Assembly: GCA_964016885.1 (NCBI GenBank)
Contig: OZ024747.1
Location: 82,708,001 to 82,772,000 of the forward strand
Origin: Eledone cirrhosa
Taxonomy: Eukaryota
DNA: 64,000 nt
Direction of reading: 5' to 3'
Below are positions 1 through 13,303 of the stretch, piece after piece. Below the pieces are notes generated by a model that saw only the letters and a program-made list of their open reading frames with translations, searched no databases and was not told the origin of the DNA. How positions within the stretch are numbered: the first letter of the stretch is position 1; each line of letters starts with the position of its first letter. The translations under genes were made by a program, and so were the position numbers.

Positions 1-2377
1 TACTAACATTCTGTCTGACACTACTAGTCCTTCACCCCCACTACTACTAACATTCTGTCTGACACTACTAGTCCATCACCACCACTACTACTAACATTCT
101 GTCTGACACTACTAGTCCATACCTCCACTACTACTAACATTCTGTCTGACACTACTAGTCCTTCACCCCCACTACTACTAACATTCTGTCTGACACTACT
201 AGTCCATCACCACCACTACTACTAACATTCTGTCCGACACTACTAGTCCTTCACCCCCACTACTACTAACATTCTGTCTGATACTACTAGTCCATCACCC
301 CCACTACTACTAACATTCTGTCTGACACTACTAGTCCATCACCCCCACTACTACTAACATTCTGTCTGACACTACTAGTCCTTCCCCCCCACTACTACTA
401 ACATTCTGTCTGACACTACTAGTCCTTCCCCCCACTACTACTAACATTCTGTCTGACACTACTAGTCCTTCACCCCCACTACTACTAACATTCTGTCTGA
501 CACTACTAGTCCTTCACCACCACTACTACTAACATTCTGTCTGACACTACTAGTCCTTCACCCCCACTACTACTAACATTCTGTCTGACACTACTAGTCC
601 TTCACCTCCACTACTACTAACATTCTGTCTGACACTACTAGTCCTTCACCCCCACTACTACTAACATTCTGTCTGACACTACTAGTCCTTCACCCCCACT
701 ACTACTAACATTCTGTCTGACACTACTAGTCCTTCACCCCCACTACTACTAACATTCTGTCTGACACTACTAGTCCTTCACCACCACTACTACTAACATT
801 CTGTCTGACACTACTAGTCCTTCACCCCCACTACTATTAACATTCTGTCTGACACTACTAGTCCATCACCCCCACTACTACTAACATTCTGTCTGACACT
901 ACTAGTCCATCACCCCCACTACTACTAACATTCTGTCTGATACTACTAGTCCATCACCCCCACTACTACTAACATTCTGTCTGACACTACTAGTCCTTCC
1001 CCCCCACTACTACTAACATTCTGTCTGACACTACTAGTCCTTCACCCCCACTACTACTAACATCCTGTCTGACACTACTAGTCCATCACCCCCACTACTA
1101 CTAACATTCTGTCTGACACTACTAGTCCTTCACCCCCACTACTACTAACATCCTGTCTGACACTACTAGTCCATCACCCCCACTACTACTAACATTCTGT
1201 CTGACACTACTAGTCCTTCACCCCCACTACTACTAACATTCTGTCTGACACTACTAGTCCTTCACCTCCACTACTACTAACATTCTGTCTGACACTACTA
1301 GTCCATCACCCCCACTACTACTAACATTCTGTCTGACACTACTAGTCCTTCACCCCCACTACTACTAACATTCTGTCCGACACTACTAGTCCATCACCCC
1401 CACTACTACTAACATTCTGTCTGACACTACTAGTCCATCACCCCCACTACTACTAACATTCTGTCTGACACTACTAGTCCTTCACCCCCACTACTACTAA
1501 CATTCTGTCCGACACTACTAGTCCTTCACCCCCACTACTACTAACATTCTGTCTGACACTACTAGTCCTTCACCCCCACTACTACTAACATTCTGTCTGA
1601 CACTACTAGTCCTTCACCCCCACTACTACTAACATTCTGTCCGACACTACTAGTCCTTCACCCCCACTACTACTAACATTCTGTCTGACACTACTAGTCC
1701 TTCACCCCCACTACTACTAACATTCTGTCCGACACTACTAGTCCTTCACCCCCACTACTACTAACATTCTGTCTGACACTACTAGTCCTTCACCCCCACT
1801 ACTACTAACATTCTGTCCGACACTACTAGTCCTTCACCCCCACTACTACTAACATTCTGTCCGACACTACTAGTCCATCACCCCCACTACTACTAACATT
1901 CTGTCTGACACTACTAGTCCTTCACCTCCACTACTACTAACATTCTGTCTGACACTACTAGTCCATCACCTCCACTACTACTAACATTCTGTCTGACACT
2001 ACTAGTCCTTCACCTCCACTACTACTAACATTCTGTCTGACACTACTAGTCCATCACCTCCACTACTACTAACATTCTGTCTGACACTACTAGTCCATCA
2101 CCTCCACTACTACTAACATTCTGTCTGACACTACTAGTCCATCACCTCCACTACTACTAACATTCTGTCTGACACTACTAGTCCTTCACCTCCACTACTA
2201 CTAACATTCTGTCTGACACTACTAGTCCATCACCTCCACTACTACTAACATTCTGTCTGACACTACTAGTCCATCACCTCCACTACTACTAACATTCTGT
2301 CTGACACTACTAGTCCATCACCCCCACTACTACTAACATTCTGTCCGACACTACTAGTCCATCACCCCCACTACTAC
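1..2377. repeat. 44-bp minisatellite array (about 54 units, runs off the left edge)
   Basis: Unit TACTAACATTCTGTCTGACACTACTAGTCCWTCACCCCCACTAC repeated head-to-tail with few variants. Confidence 0.98.
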
Positions 2378-2507
2378 TTTATTTTATCTACCCCGTAAGG
2401 ATGAAAGGCAAAGTTAACCTCGGCGGGATTTGAACTCAGACCATAAAGGGCCGTAACTCTTTGCTACAAAGCATGGCGTCAGACCCTCTACGATACTGCC
2501 AGTCCAA
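2374..2507 (-). mobile_element. tRNA-derived SINE, family A (3' part missing)
   Basis: Core CCCCGTAAGGATGAAAGGCAAAGTTAACCTCGGCGGGATTTGAACTCAG shared with more than 10 copies. Pol III A/B boxes on the minus strand. Confidence 0.9.
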
Positions 2508-2582
2508 TGATAATAACAACGGCAGCTAATGGCGTAGCATGGACGAGATTTAAAACAACGAGCGCTTCATCTACACCACTGT

Positions 2583-4786
2583 ATGAGGATATAACCACAG
2601 GTAGATACAGGCTAGATATTATGAGGATATAACCACAGGAAGATATAACGTAGATATTATGAGGATATAACCACAGGTAGATACAGGCTAGATATTATGA
2701 GGATATAACCACAGGGAGATATAACCTAGATATTATGAGGATATAACCACAGGGAGATATAACCTAGATATTATGAGAATATAACAACAGGTAGATACAG
2801 GCTAGATATTATGAGGATATAACCACAGGAAGATATAACCTAGATATTATGAGGATATAACCACAGGCAGATATAACCTAGATATTATGAGGATATAACC
2901 ACAGGTAGATACAGGCTAGATATTATGAGGATATAACCACAGGAAGATATAACCTAGATATTATGAGGATATAACCACAGGTAGATACAGGCTAGATATT
3001 ATGAGGATATAACCACAGGGAGATACAGCCTAGATATTATGAGGATATAACCACAGGGAGATATAACCTAGATATTATGAGAATATAACAACAGGTAGAT
3101 ACAGGCTAGATATTATGAGGATATAACCACAGGAAGATATAACCTAGATATTATGAGGATATAACCACAGGCAGATATAACCTAGATATTATGAGGATAT
3201 AACCACAGGTAGATACAGGCTAGATATTATGAGGATATAACCACAGGAAGATATAACCTAGATATTATGAGGATATAACCACAGGCAGATATAACCTAGA
3301 TATTATGAGGATATAACCACAGGTAGATACAGCCTAGATATTATGAGGATATAACCACAGGGAGATATAACCTAGATATTATGAGGATATAACCACAGGC
3401 AGATATAACCTAGATATTATGAGGATATAACCACAGGTAGATACAGCCTAGATATTATGAGGATATAACCACAGGGAGATATAACCTAGATATTATGAGG
3501 ATATAACCACAGGCAGATATAACCTAGATATTATGAGGATATAACCACAGGGAGATACAGCCTAGATATTATAGGATATAACCACAGGGAGATATAACCT
3601 AGATATTATGAGGATATAACTTCAGGTAGATACAGCCTAGATATTATGAGGATATAACTACAGGAAGATATAACCTAGATATTATGAGGGTATAACCACA
3701 GGGAGATACAGTCTAGATATTATGAGGATATAACTACAGGGAGATACAGCCCAGATATTATGAGGATATAACCACAGGTAGATACAGGCTAGATATTATG
3801 AGGATATAACTACAGGGAGATACAGCCCAGATATTATGAGGATATAACCACAGGTAGATACAGGCTAGATATTATGAGGATATAACTACAGCGAGATACA
3901 GCCCTAGATATTATGAGGATATAACCACAGGTAGATACAGCCTAGATATTATGAGGATATAACCACAGGGAGATATAACCTAGATATTATGAGGATATAA
4001 CCACAGGGAGATACAGCCTAGATATTATAGGATATAACCACAGGTAGATACAGCCTAGATATTATGAGGATATAACCACAGGGAGATATAACCTAGATAT
4101 TATGAGGATATAATCACAGGGAGATATAACCTAGATATTATGAGGATATAATCACAGGGAGATATAACCTAGATATTATGAGGATATAACCACAGGGAGA
4201 TACAGCCAAGATATTATGAGGATATAACTACAGGAAGATATAACCTAGATATTATGAGGATATAACCACAGGTAGATACAGCCCAGATATTATGAGGATA
4301 TAACTACAGGGAGATACAGCCCAGATATTATGAGGATATAACCACAGGGAGATATAACCTAGATATTATGAGGATATAACCACAGGTAGATACAGCCCAG
4401 ATATTATGAGGATATAACTACAGCGAGATACAGCCCAGATATTATGAGGATATAACCACAGGGAGATATAACCTAGATATTATGATGATATAATCACAGG
4501 GAGATATAGCCTAGATATTATGAGGATATAACCACAGATAGATACAGCCTAGATATTATGAGGATATAACCACAGGAAGATATAACGTAGATATTATGAG
4601 GATATAACCACAGGGAGATATAACGTAGATATTATGAGGATATAACCACAGATAGATACAGCCTAGATATTATGAGGATATAACCACAGATAGATACAGC
4701 CTAGATATTATGAGGATATAACCACAGGGAGATATAACGTAGATATTATGAGGATATAACCACAGATAGATACAGCCTAGATATTA
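2583..4786. repeat. 38-bp minisatellite array (about 58 units)
   Basis: Unit ATGAGGATATAACCACAGGDAGATAYARSCTAGATATT, period 38 (2583 to 2621). Confidence 0.98.
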
Positions 4787-6215
4787 CAAAAAAAAATAAA
4801 CAAAAGGTCCCGGGATATGAGAAGATCCCAAACGCCATGGGAAAATATTTAACAATGATACCTTGAACTGCTAACAGATATGTTTAATAAGATGCTGACA
4901 GGGGCAGAGACAACAACTGGCTGTGTCTCTGAGGCGAAAATCATCTTAATCCATAATACTAAACGAACAGGTAACCTTAAAAATTACAGACATGTAATCT
5001 GCAAAGACAATTGCAATAATATCACAGAGAATAAATATGGCTGTAAAGAAAACCATATCCAAAACTAGTACAAAGAGCATAGTTTAAATTAATTCGTAGA
5101 TCCTGGAAATAATAAGCAGATACATAAAACACTTGTCAAGTAAATGGCAAATAATTCAGCAAATAAGATACAGAGGTAAGGGATATCCCAAAACCATCAT
5201 GTTCAAGAGGACTGGATTTAGATTTTAAAAATACTATAGTAGGGCATTCAATCATCTTTTGTATGTGAACAACTTCAATTTGTACCCTGAAGATGTTTTA
5301 CAAATGCAAGCATTGCAGCAGACAGCAATGAATTTACGAGAGAAATTAATACGAGATTCGGATTAGAAAAATGCTCCAAGGAGACGTTAGAGAGAGAATT
5401 AATTAAGAACGCTATCATTATGCTAGAAACAAAGATAATTATGTATTAAAGTAATAGAATTAATGCAAAAATATTCTAACTGTGCCAGTGATAAGTTATA
5501 CTATTATCAATTAGATGCTAAACAAATTAACACGACGGAAAGACGAGGAAAAATTATTCCATTTAGAATACACTACACACAATTTGACATTAAAATATAT
5601 TAACTATCAGTTGGGGATTTATGCAACTAGAAATCTATTATAAAATATCTACTAAAAAATAAGTGGAAACTAATACAAATAACTATAAACAGAACAAAAA
5701 TGTTTTTTGTCTTCAAAAAAGCTAACAAACATAAAATAGATTGAAATGACGATTGTGGGGTGAAAATAGACATAACAGAAACTGTGTAAAGTCTAAAAAA
5801 TAATATAGAAATGGGAGTACAGAATGTCACACTAAAGTAATGGCAACGAAAGACACTTTATGTCAAATATCTAGGAGGAGGTAACTGAGATTGGGAATAA
5901 ATAAAACATGAATCGCCACAATGACTGAGAGGCTCAGTACTCAAAGGTGATAGAGAAGGATTTTTTTTTATTGTAGTAGAGGTAACAAATTGGCAGAGTA
6001 GTTAGAACCTCGGATAGAGGACAATTTGAAGGGGAGAGGAAAGTTGATTAAATCAACCCCAGTGCGTGTGTCTGGTACTTTATTTTCTGAAGCCCGTAAG
6101 GATGAAAGGCAAAGCTAACCTCGGCGGGATTTGAACTCAGATGGTAGACGGAGACTAAAGAAAATCATATCGAAACGCTTGGATGATTTGAAGTCCAAAT
6201 GCAGAAAATGAATGT
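4747..6215 (+). pseudogene. Decayed R4/Dong-like non-LTR retrotransposon RT region
   Basis: Collinear degenerate motifs: KVPGYEKIPN (cf. KSPGxDxIPN), IILIHNTKRTGNLKNYRHVIC (cf. LIPK..NYRPITC), FNHLLYVNNFNLYP at 5247 (cf. INHLLYMDDLKLY), FGLEKCSK at 5357, LYVKYLGGG, LRGSVLKGDREGF at 5925, KCRK. Many stops and frameshifts. Confidence 0.75.
6023..6141 (-). mobile_element. SINE family A fragment inserted in the LINE remnant
   Basis: Family A core sequence. Confidence 0.8.
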
Positions 6216-6450
6216 AACAACAGTCGATCGCTATAAATAATAAATTTGGAAAACCAGGTAAAATACTACGAGAGGTGAAAAACAATGGCCAGGATCAGTG
6301 AATCAGAATACCGACCTCGTGCATTAGAAATAAGGTGAACAGATTGACAGCTAATTGCGATCAATTTAAGGGGCAGTAGTAAACAGCTTGCGGCTAGAGC
6401 CGGATGTATAGAAATCTTATTTTATTATCGAAGTACTTCGATGATTTGAA

Positions 6451-6486
<36 letters not shown>

Positions 6487-6490
<4 letters not shown>

Positions 6491-6673
6491 GTTTCTAAGT
6501 TAGGCACAAGGCCAGCAATTACCCAGTGCATTACTGGTACTTTATTTTATCGACCCCGTAAGGATGAAAGGCAAAGTCACCCTCGGCCGGATTTGAACTC
6601 AGATCGTAAAGAGACGTAACTATGCTGGAAAGCATGGCGTCCGACCCTCTACCGATACTGCCAATCCACCGCC
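6487..6673 (-). mobile_element. SINE family A, full length
   Basis: Family A core, A/B boxes on minus strand, tail next to (TA)n. Confidence 0.9.
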
Positions 6674-7164
6674 CTTTATTTATATATATATAATGTGTGT
6701 GTGTGTGTATTAAATCTGACTCTCTCTCTCTCTCTAATATAGTTACACATTACTATCGCAAGTATCGAGTACTCTGATGAATAATGATCTAAATACTTTA
6801 AAACAGGTAAAATCTTTTTATATATATATATACATACATATACATGTATATATATAAACATAAATACATATATATATATACATGCATACACACATACACA
6901 CATACATGCATACATACATTTAAATATATATCTATGTGTGTGTCTCTTCATTTGAATTAAGATATCTTCATTCAAATGAAAACATTAATCAGGATAAGAA
7001 CTTTAAAAAAACTACATTAGCATTTTTTAGAATTACGACTTCTAAGTGAGGAGTGGAACGGAAATTAAAGATTCCCGTCCACGCCATCTAGCGCAGATAT
7101 GTGTATATTACCTCTACATCCGGCATTACATGTGTAGTTATGCATGTCAGTGTCTATGTTTGTA

Positions 7165-7521
7165 TATAGATGTGTGGTGTTCTATTTGTGTGGGTGTGTG
7201 TACGTGTGTGTGTCTGTGTGTGTGTGTTCTATTTGTGTGTGTGTGTTCTATTTGTGTGTGTGTGTGTGTGTGTGTGTCTGTCTGTGTCTGTGTCTGTGTC
7301 TGTGTATATGTGTGTGTGAATGTGGGTGTGGGTGTGTGTATGTGTATGTCTGTGTGTGTGCGTCTGTGTTTCTGTGTGTATCTGTCTGTGTGTGTGTGTG
7401 TGTATCTCTATGTGTGCGTGTATCTGCCTGTGTGTGTGTATGTTTGTGTGTGCGTGTGTCTGTATGTGTGCGTGTGTGTGTGTGTACTATTTGTGTGTGT
7501 GTGTCTGTGTGTGTGTGTGTG
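7165..7521. repeat. Imperfect (TG)n microsatellite
   Basis: Directly visible; explains the CV-rich ORFs. Confidence 0.95.
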
Positions 7522-8035
7522 TAATACCCGAGATAACATAGCTGTAAATTTGCATCACCTTTTTTTTTTAAAATTAGTTATATAAATATTTATTTGCTTT
7601 CCAACAGAATTTTTTTTTTCAAATTTTCATAATAAATAAATAAACAAGTAAAATCTCTTATTTTCCACATGATCTGTCACCCACTTAACACTTAGCAGGA
7701 GAAGCTACTTCTGCAATTAGTTTCTTCGTGTTCTTCAGCTAATTCTTGCCGTAAACATTCAATGGTGATGGACATTGGTGAAAATGAAAAGAAAAAGATA
7801 GAGAAAGCAAGTAGAGAGAGAGGGGGGCCGTTAGAATAATGTGTGAACCAATAGAAATGCTTGGGGAGCTAAAATTGTTCACACCAAAAATGTCGGGTTA
7901 TGATTTACAAAGCTAGTGAAAGCAGGAGATATGAACTACGTGTTGTACAGATGGTATCATCTGGCCAATCACATAGAGGTTCGATTCCATACACTTGTTT
8001 CTCAAATGGCTTTTTTCTTTTTTCGTTGTAATTGA

Positions 8036-8068
<33 letters not shown>

Positions 8069-8109
8069 ATATTAAGGATACTATTTATAACATAGCTTTG
8101 ATTCTTGTG

Positions 8110-8174
<65 letters not shown>

Positions 8175-8277
8175 TATTGAAATTTCCGTTGGAAAACAGA
8201 AAAGGTCATAGAAGTGAAGAGTGCTCTATGTAAGTATCAGAGCAAAATTTAATGTATAAAATCAATACAATATAATT

Positions 8278-8349
8278 ACCTCATTACCAGAGGTTTCCCG
8301 AATGAGGCGAATACGAAATAAACGTCTTCATTCGTTCGTCAGACGAGGC
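8278..8349 (-). ncRNA. Type I hammerhead ribozyme motif
   Basis: Minus strand: GCCTCGT-CTGACGA-ACGAATGA...TCATTCGG-GAAA-CCtctGG-TA-ATGAGGT. Stems I, II and III pair. Lies in a short insert between (TA)n runs. Confidence 0.75.
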
Positions 8350-8550
8350 AATATAAAACATGGGTAAATACTTAGAAAAAACTCATCAAGAAAATCAAAA
8401 AAGGGCCAAAAAATCAAAAAAAGGGAAATAAGAAAAATCAAAAAATATATATATATATATATATATAATTGAGAAACGATTGTAATATGTCTAATAAATG
8501 TTAATTCGTCGCACCACTGATTCTCCGTTTCTTATGCGATATATATATAT

Positions 8551-8612
8551 ACAACAAAGATGGTGTGGTACGATACCAAGTGGACCATAACGCACCAGAG
8601 TACTCAATACTC
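8551..8612 (-). mobile_element. 3' tail of the (TA)n-embedded element family (same as 27078, 34690, 37611, 44738, 58631)
   Basis: GTGGACCATAACGCACCAGAGTACTCAATAC shared among copies. Confidence 0.7.
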
Positions 8613-9085
8613 TTTTCCTATATATCCAGGGAGTGTAACGAGGAGTTACTGTAGGTTCACCCGGATGAGTACTCGATGTTTAGGTTCACGTCAGTATGGA
8701 GGTGTAGAGCTAGACAGCGTGTAATATAGTAATACAAGGACGAGTGGCTACTCCTTCATTACGTTTATTGGTTAGTGACGTGCGTTTCGTTAGAGATCAC
8801 CTCAAGGTTCTATCTGTATCGATCAGGCCCGACTCTGTATGTATGTTTCCTATAAATATATATATATATATGTTCCTAAGAATAGTTTTTTTTTTCAAAA
8901 CTATTAATAAATTCGTACAAATCTATCTTCACATATAATTTACCATAACTACCGAATGTTTAAATTGAAAGGTAGTTTTCACCTGTCTGTACTTCAGGAA
9001 TAACAATACAATGTGTTTATTTTGGGCTCTTCTTCTACCATTGTACATATAAACATTTATACACCTAACTCACACATCCACCACG

Positions 9086-9141
<56 letters not shown>

Positions 9142-9920
9142 AATATAATTATATATATATATATATATATATACAAATATAATTTTATATATATATATAT
9201 ACTGTATCTTTTAAATAATTTTCGAAATAATAAAGAATTTGGAGCAAGTTAGAAATATAACTAACTTTCTCATTTTTAAGCTGGTGTTTCAAGCATAACT
9301 TAAAGGTTCTGACATTAAAATATAACGGAAGGTTTATAGATAACTATAAATCCCTTTAAGATAAAGAACTTAATATCGTGGCTTCAGGTGGTTAGTTGCC
9401 GTAAATTTTCGCTTGTCTCCCCCTACCAAGATGTTGAGATAAAGTAGTGAAAGATATTTATTGTAAGTATTAATTTTTCTTGGTGTACAGCTCATGTACA
9501 TAGTGATAAAGGATTGACGATCCGACATTAAATTCTTGTGTATTAATACAGCGGTGGGTGTGAATAAATAAACAGGAATATATATCCATATATATTTAAT
9601 CTCGGTGTGAAAATAATCCTATAGAGGGTGGGGCTTCTGGTGTTTAATAACTGCTGCCATGCAGCTGCCACTAGTAAACACAGTTGTATCTTGATATAAG
9701 TTTGCTCCTGATACACAAAATAGTTACGTTTAATATATGTGCAAACATATGTATATGTGTGCACATATATACACACCCACATACATGCATACACACACAC
9801 ACACACACACACATGTATGGATTGGTCTGTGTAAACGAGAGAACCAAAATAACACTGTAGAGTGATACATATTTCATTCTAACTGTAAAGTTCAAGCTAC
9901 AAATGATATAATGTTGATAA

Positions 9921-10104
9921 TAATTGTTTCTACTTTAGGCACAAGGCCAGCAATTACCCAGTGCATTACTGGTACTTTATTTTATCGACCCCGTAAGGAT
10001 GAAAGGCAAAGTTAACCTCAGCGGGATTTGAAATCAGAACGTAAAGGGCATAACTCTATGCTTCGAAGCATGGCGCCCCACACCCTACCGATACTGCCAA
10101 TCCA
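9921..10104 (-). mobile_element. SINE family A
   Basis: Family A core and tail. Confidence 0.9.
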
Positions 10105-10419
10105 TGATAATAATAAATATATATAATATATTTGTGTGTGTGTGTGTGTGTGTCTGTGTGTGAGTGTATGGTATGTGTGAGTGTGTGTGGTGTGTGTGCG
10201 TGAGTGAGTGCGTGAGTATAAGAAAGTGTGTGTGTGCGTGTGCGTGTGTGTGTGTGTGTGTGTCTGTGCGTGTCTGTGTGTGAGTGTATGGTATGTGTGA
10301 GTGTGTGTGGTGTGTGTGAGTGTGTGTGCGTGAGTGAGTGCGTGAGTATAAGAAAGTGTATGTGGGTGTGTGTAGACCTACCACAGCTTGAATATTTGGT
10401 CGGCTGTACTGCGTCCGGG

Positions 10420-10620
10420 GCCAAACACTTAGCATAGACTTTATCGGGGGGGGGGCTTAGCAAGGAGATCCTTGATACCCCTTTGGAGGAATCTTTCTTG
10501 ACTCTCTCGTCTTCAAAATTGAGATCATCATAACCGATTTCCATTACTTCTGTGCCTTTACAGAGATCTAACTCCCCCGGCACACACGGGTCAACTAGAG
10601 AATACATTCTCTATTTAAGG
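10420..10620 (-). pseudogene. RTE-clade LINE RT fragment (inverted)
   Basis: RISLLSPPPDKVYAKCL resembles RTE RGISLLSLPGKVYAKCL; frameshifted. Confidence 0.6.
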
Positions 10621-10724
10621 CTTTTAACATCTCTTGATAGGTTATATGTCGAGTGCTGCACCACGGCAAGGTTGAAAACTTGTGCTGCTACGACTGAAAC
10701 ACGTCCTTCAGAGAAGCCTTTACA

Positions 10725-10925
10725 TTGAAGCAGGTGAAGAAGGTCAAGTACCTCGGAGCCATGTTCCCAAGTGATGGAAGACTGTGGACTGAATTAAGTA
10801 CAAGAATTGCAGTAATGCTCCAGATTCAGCATTCGATAATTAGAAGAAGGGATGAAGGTGTAAAAACCAAACACGCTATCTTCAATTCCGTGTTCGTGCC
10901 AACCCTTAGCTGTGGTCATAACCGA
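10725..10925 (+). pseudogene. RTE-clade LINE RT/thumb fragment
   Basis: KQVKKVKYLGAMFPSDGR...IFNSVFVPTLSCGH resembles RTE KQVEKFKYLGVxFTSDGR...FVPILTYGHE. Confidence 0.75.
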
Positions 10926-11099
10926 AAGAGCTCGGTTGGTCTCGCGTGGGGATCCAGTCAGATCAATTGGAGACGGCTGCTTCTGACAGGACCCGCTGGA
11001 ACGAGTACTTGAGGACTCTGCTCCCACCAAAAATAAGTAGGCGAATAAGAATGTATGTAGGTATACAATGAAAATATAGTCACCATTGATGCACATAAG

Positions 11100-11240
11100 A
11101 ATGGTTTCTAATATAGGCACAAGGCCAGCAATTTTGGTGGAGGGGAAAGTCGATTAAATCGAGCCCAGTGCATTACTGGTACTTTATTTTATCGACCCCG
11201 TAAGGATGAAAGGCAAAATTAACTTCGGCGGGATTTGAAT
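11100..11240 (-). mobile_element. SINE family A, 5'-truncated
   Basis: Family A core and tail. Confidence 0.85.
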
Positions 11241-11437
11241 TTGATGTACATAACAATGACAATAGTTGACTAAACTAGGTAATGGCTAAAATACCCAGGA
11301 GAAGGAAGAAAAGTGGATAGAAAGGCCTGCAGAAAATCGAACTATGTATACGTACTTTACTACCGTACCTCTATGTAGGTTATATATACTCTTTTACCCA
11401 TCAGCCATCCGGCTGAGGCCATGCTGGGGCACCGCCC

Positions 11438-11461
<24 letters not shown>

Positions 11462-11469
<8 letters not shown>

Positions 11470-11871
11470 ATACTTTGGGAGGGTCATGTTGCCAATAAGA
11501 AACATACGCACCAGTTGTTTTCACTTCAATTTATTATAATAAATTTATAAATTTAGGAATTTATAAATTTCCGGTTGGTTGGTTGGTTCCACAACCAGAT
11601 GATTGTTTATATATTGTCAAAGTTCTTTCGTCACACATTCTGTGACCTCTTCAGTGACTGCGGATTCTTTTCTTTGTTTTTTGTGCCTCTCCTTTGTTCT
11701 GTCCTACGCCATATATAAACAATCATCTGGTTGTGGAACCAACCAACCAACCAACCAACCGGAAATTTATAAATTCCTAAATTTATAAATTTATTATAAT
11801 AAATTGAAGTGAAAACAACTGGTGCGTGTGTTTCTTATTGGCAACATGACCCTCCCAAAGTATAACAATAT
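11462..11871. repeat. Inverted repeat (arms about 11462-11614 and 11711-11871) with HHR in the spacer
   Basis: Arms are near-perfect reverse complements; left arm abuts (TA)n. Confidence 0.92.
11616..11658 (-). ncRNA. Minimal type I hammerhead ribozyme motif
   Basis: Minus strand: GTCA-CTGAAGA-G-GTCACAgaatgTGTGAC-GAAA-GAAC-TT-TGAC. Confidence 0.65.
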
Positions 11872-12324
11872 CGGTTTCAACACACGTTTTCAGATAAAGA
11901 ATCTTGCTAAACAAATTCAGAAACGAAATATAAGTAGTGTGGCTGTGACTCTCCCGTATTGCATCAGTGAAAATATATTACATTAGTTCTGCTGTTTTCC
12001 CATTCTAGTGTGAATTGCCAAGAATATATATATCTATATGTGTGTGTGCATGTGCGTGTGTGTGCGCGTGTGTATGTGTGTGTGTATGTGTGTGCGTGTG
12101 TGTGTGTTTGAGTGTGTGTGTGTGTCGCTCTGTCAGTCTGTCTGTCTGTGTAATATGTTGTTTTAGCTTATGCAGCTGCTTCACTTTAGTAAGTGAATCA
12201 AGCAAGAAAGTCTTCTTAAGAAATTGGATACCAAAATGCTTATGAAATGTAACTCTTACATAAATCTAGAAAGCTTCTCAAGCTAGAAAAGAATATTGGT
12301 CACACAGTGACTATCATGACGTCG

Positions 12325-12558
12325 GGGAGGAGCGGAAGAGAGGGGAGAGAGGGGGAAGAGGAGGAGAAAGGGGGAGCGGAGGAGAAAGGGGGTAGAGATG
12401 TGGGAGTGAGAGGAGAAGAGGAGAAGAGGAGGAGAGAGAGGGGGAGAAGAGGAGAGAGGGTGGGGGGAGGGTGGGGGGAAGAGGAGGAGAGAGAGAAGGG
12501 GAGGAGGAGAGAGAAGGGGAGGAGGAGAGAGAAGAGGAGAGAGAGGAGGAGAGGAGGA
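12325..12558. repeat. Polypurine (GGA/GA) low-complexity tract
   Basis: Directly visible. Confidence 0.9.
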
Positions 12559-12754
12559 ACTAGAAGTTTTCGGTTGTCTTTAAGAAATTGACTTTCTCTA
12601 AAATCGCATATTGCTTTCTGTACATAAACGTAAGTGAACGTGAGTATTGTGTACACTCATACACATTTATATATACATATATATATATATATATACAGGC
12701 ATGCATACACACACAGAAATGTATATGCACACACACATACACACAAACTTTTAC

Positions 12755-12817
<63 letters not shown>

Positions 12818-12824
12818 TTATATA

Positions 12825-12958
<134 letters not shown>

Positions 12959-13085
12959 AAAGTTTTATTTAAATTGTTGTGATACAACAAGTAAATATTT
13001 TTATAACTGATATAAAGCACTCGACAAGTATTTGGAGTAAAAATACGATATTAACAAATGGAAACTATATTTATAAAACCATATT

Positions 13086-13150
13086 TATTTCATTATACAT
13101 ATTTCAAGGATACCAAGTTAAATTGTGGTATGCCTTCATCAGACAAAATA
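13086..13150 (-). ncRNA. Type I hammerhead ribozyme motif (mirror copy)
   Basis: Reverse complement of 13304-13368. Confidence 0.8.
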
Positions 13151-13303
13151 CAATATATACCAGTTTTATAAATAAACATTGACGTACCCTTTCAAAATGC
13201 GACCGTTACTTTTGGAAGACATCATATCCTGATGTCTTCCAAAAGTAACGGTCGCATTTTGAAAGGGTACGTCAATGTTTATTTATAAAACTGGTATATA
13301 TTG

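Noticed and set aside
1-4786. Tandem arrays as CRISPR loci
   Set aside because: No unique spacers, no cas genes, eukaryotic context.
6770-6800. CTGATGA at 6774 (also 5287, 18213, 25950, 36730)
   Set aside because: No correctly placed GAAA or pairing stems; chance matches.
8770-8835. Minus-strand CTGATCGA...GAAACGCACGTC as a hammerhead
   Set aside because: The 5' core is wrong and stems I and II do not pair; at most a 3' half.
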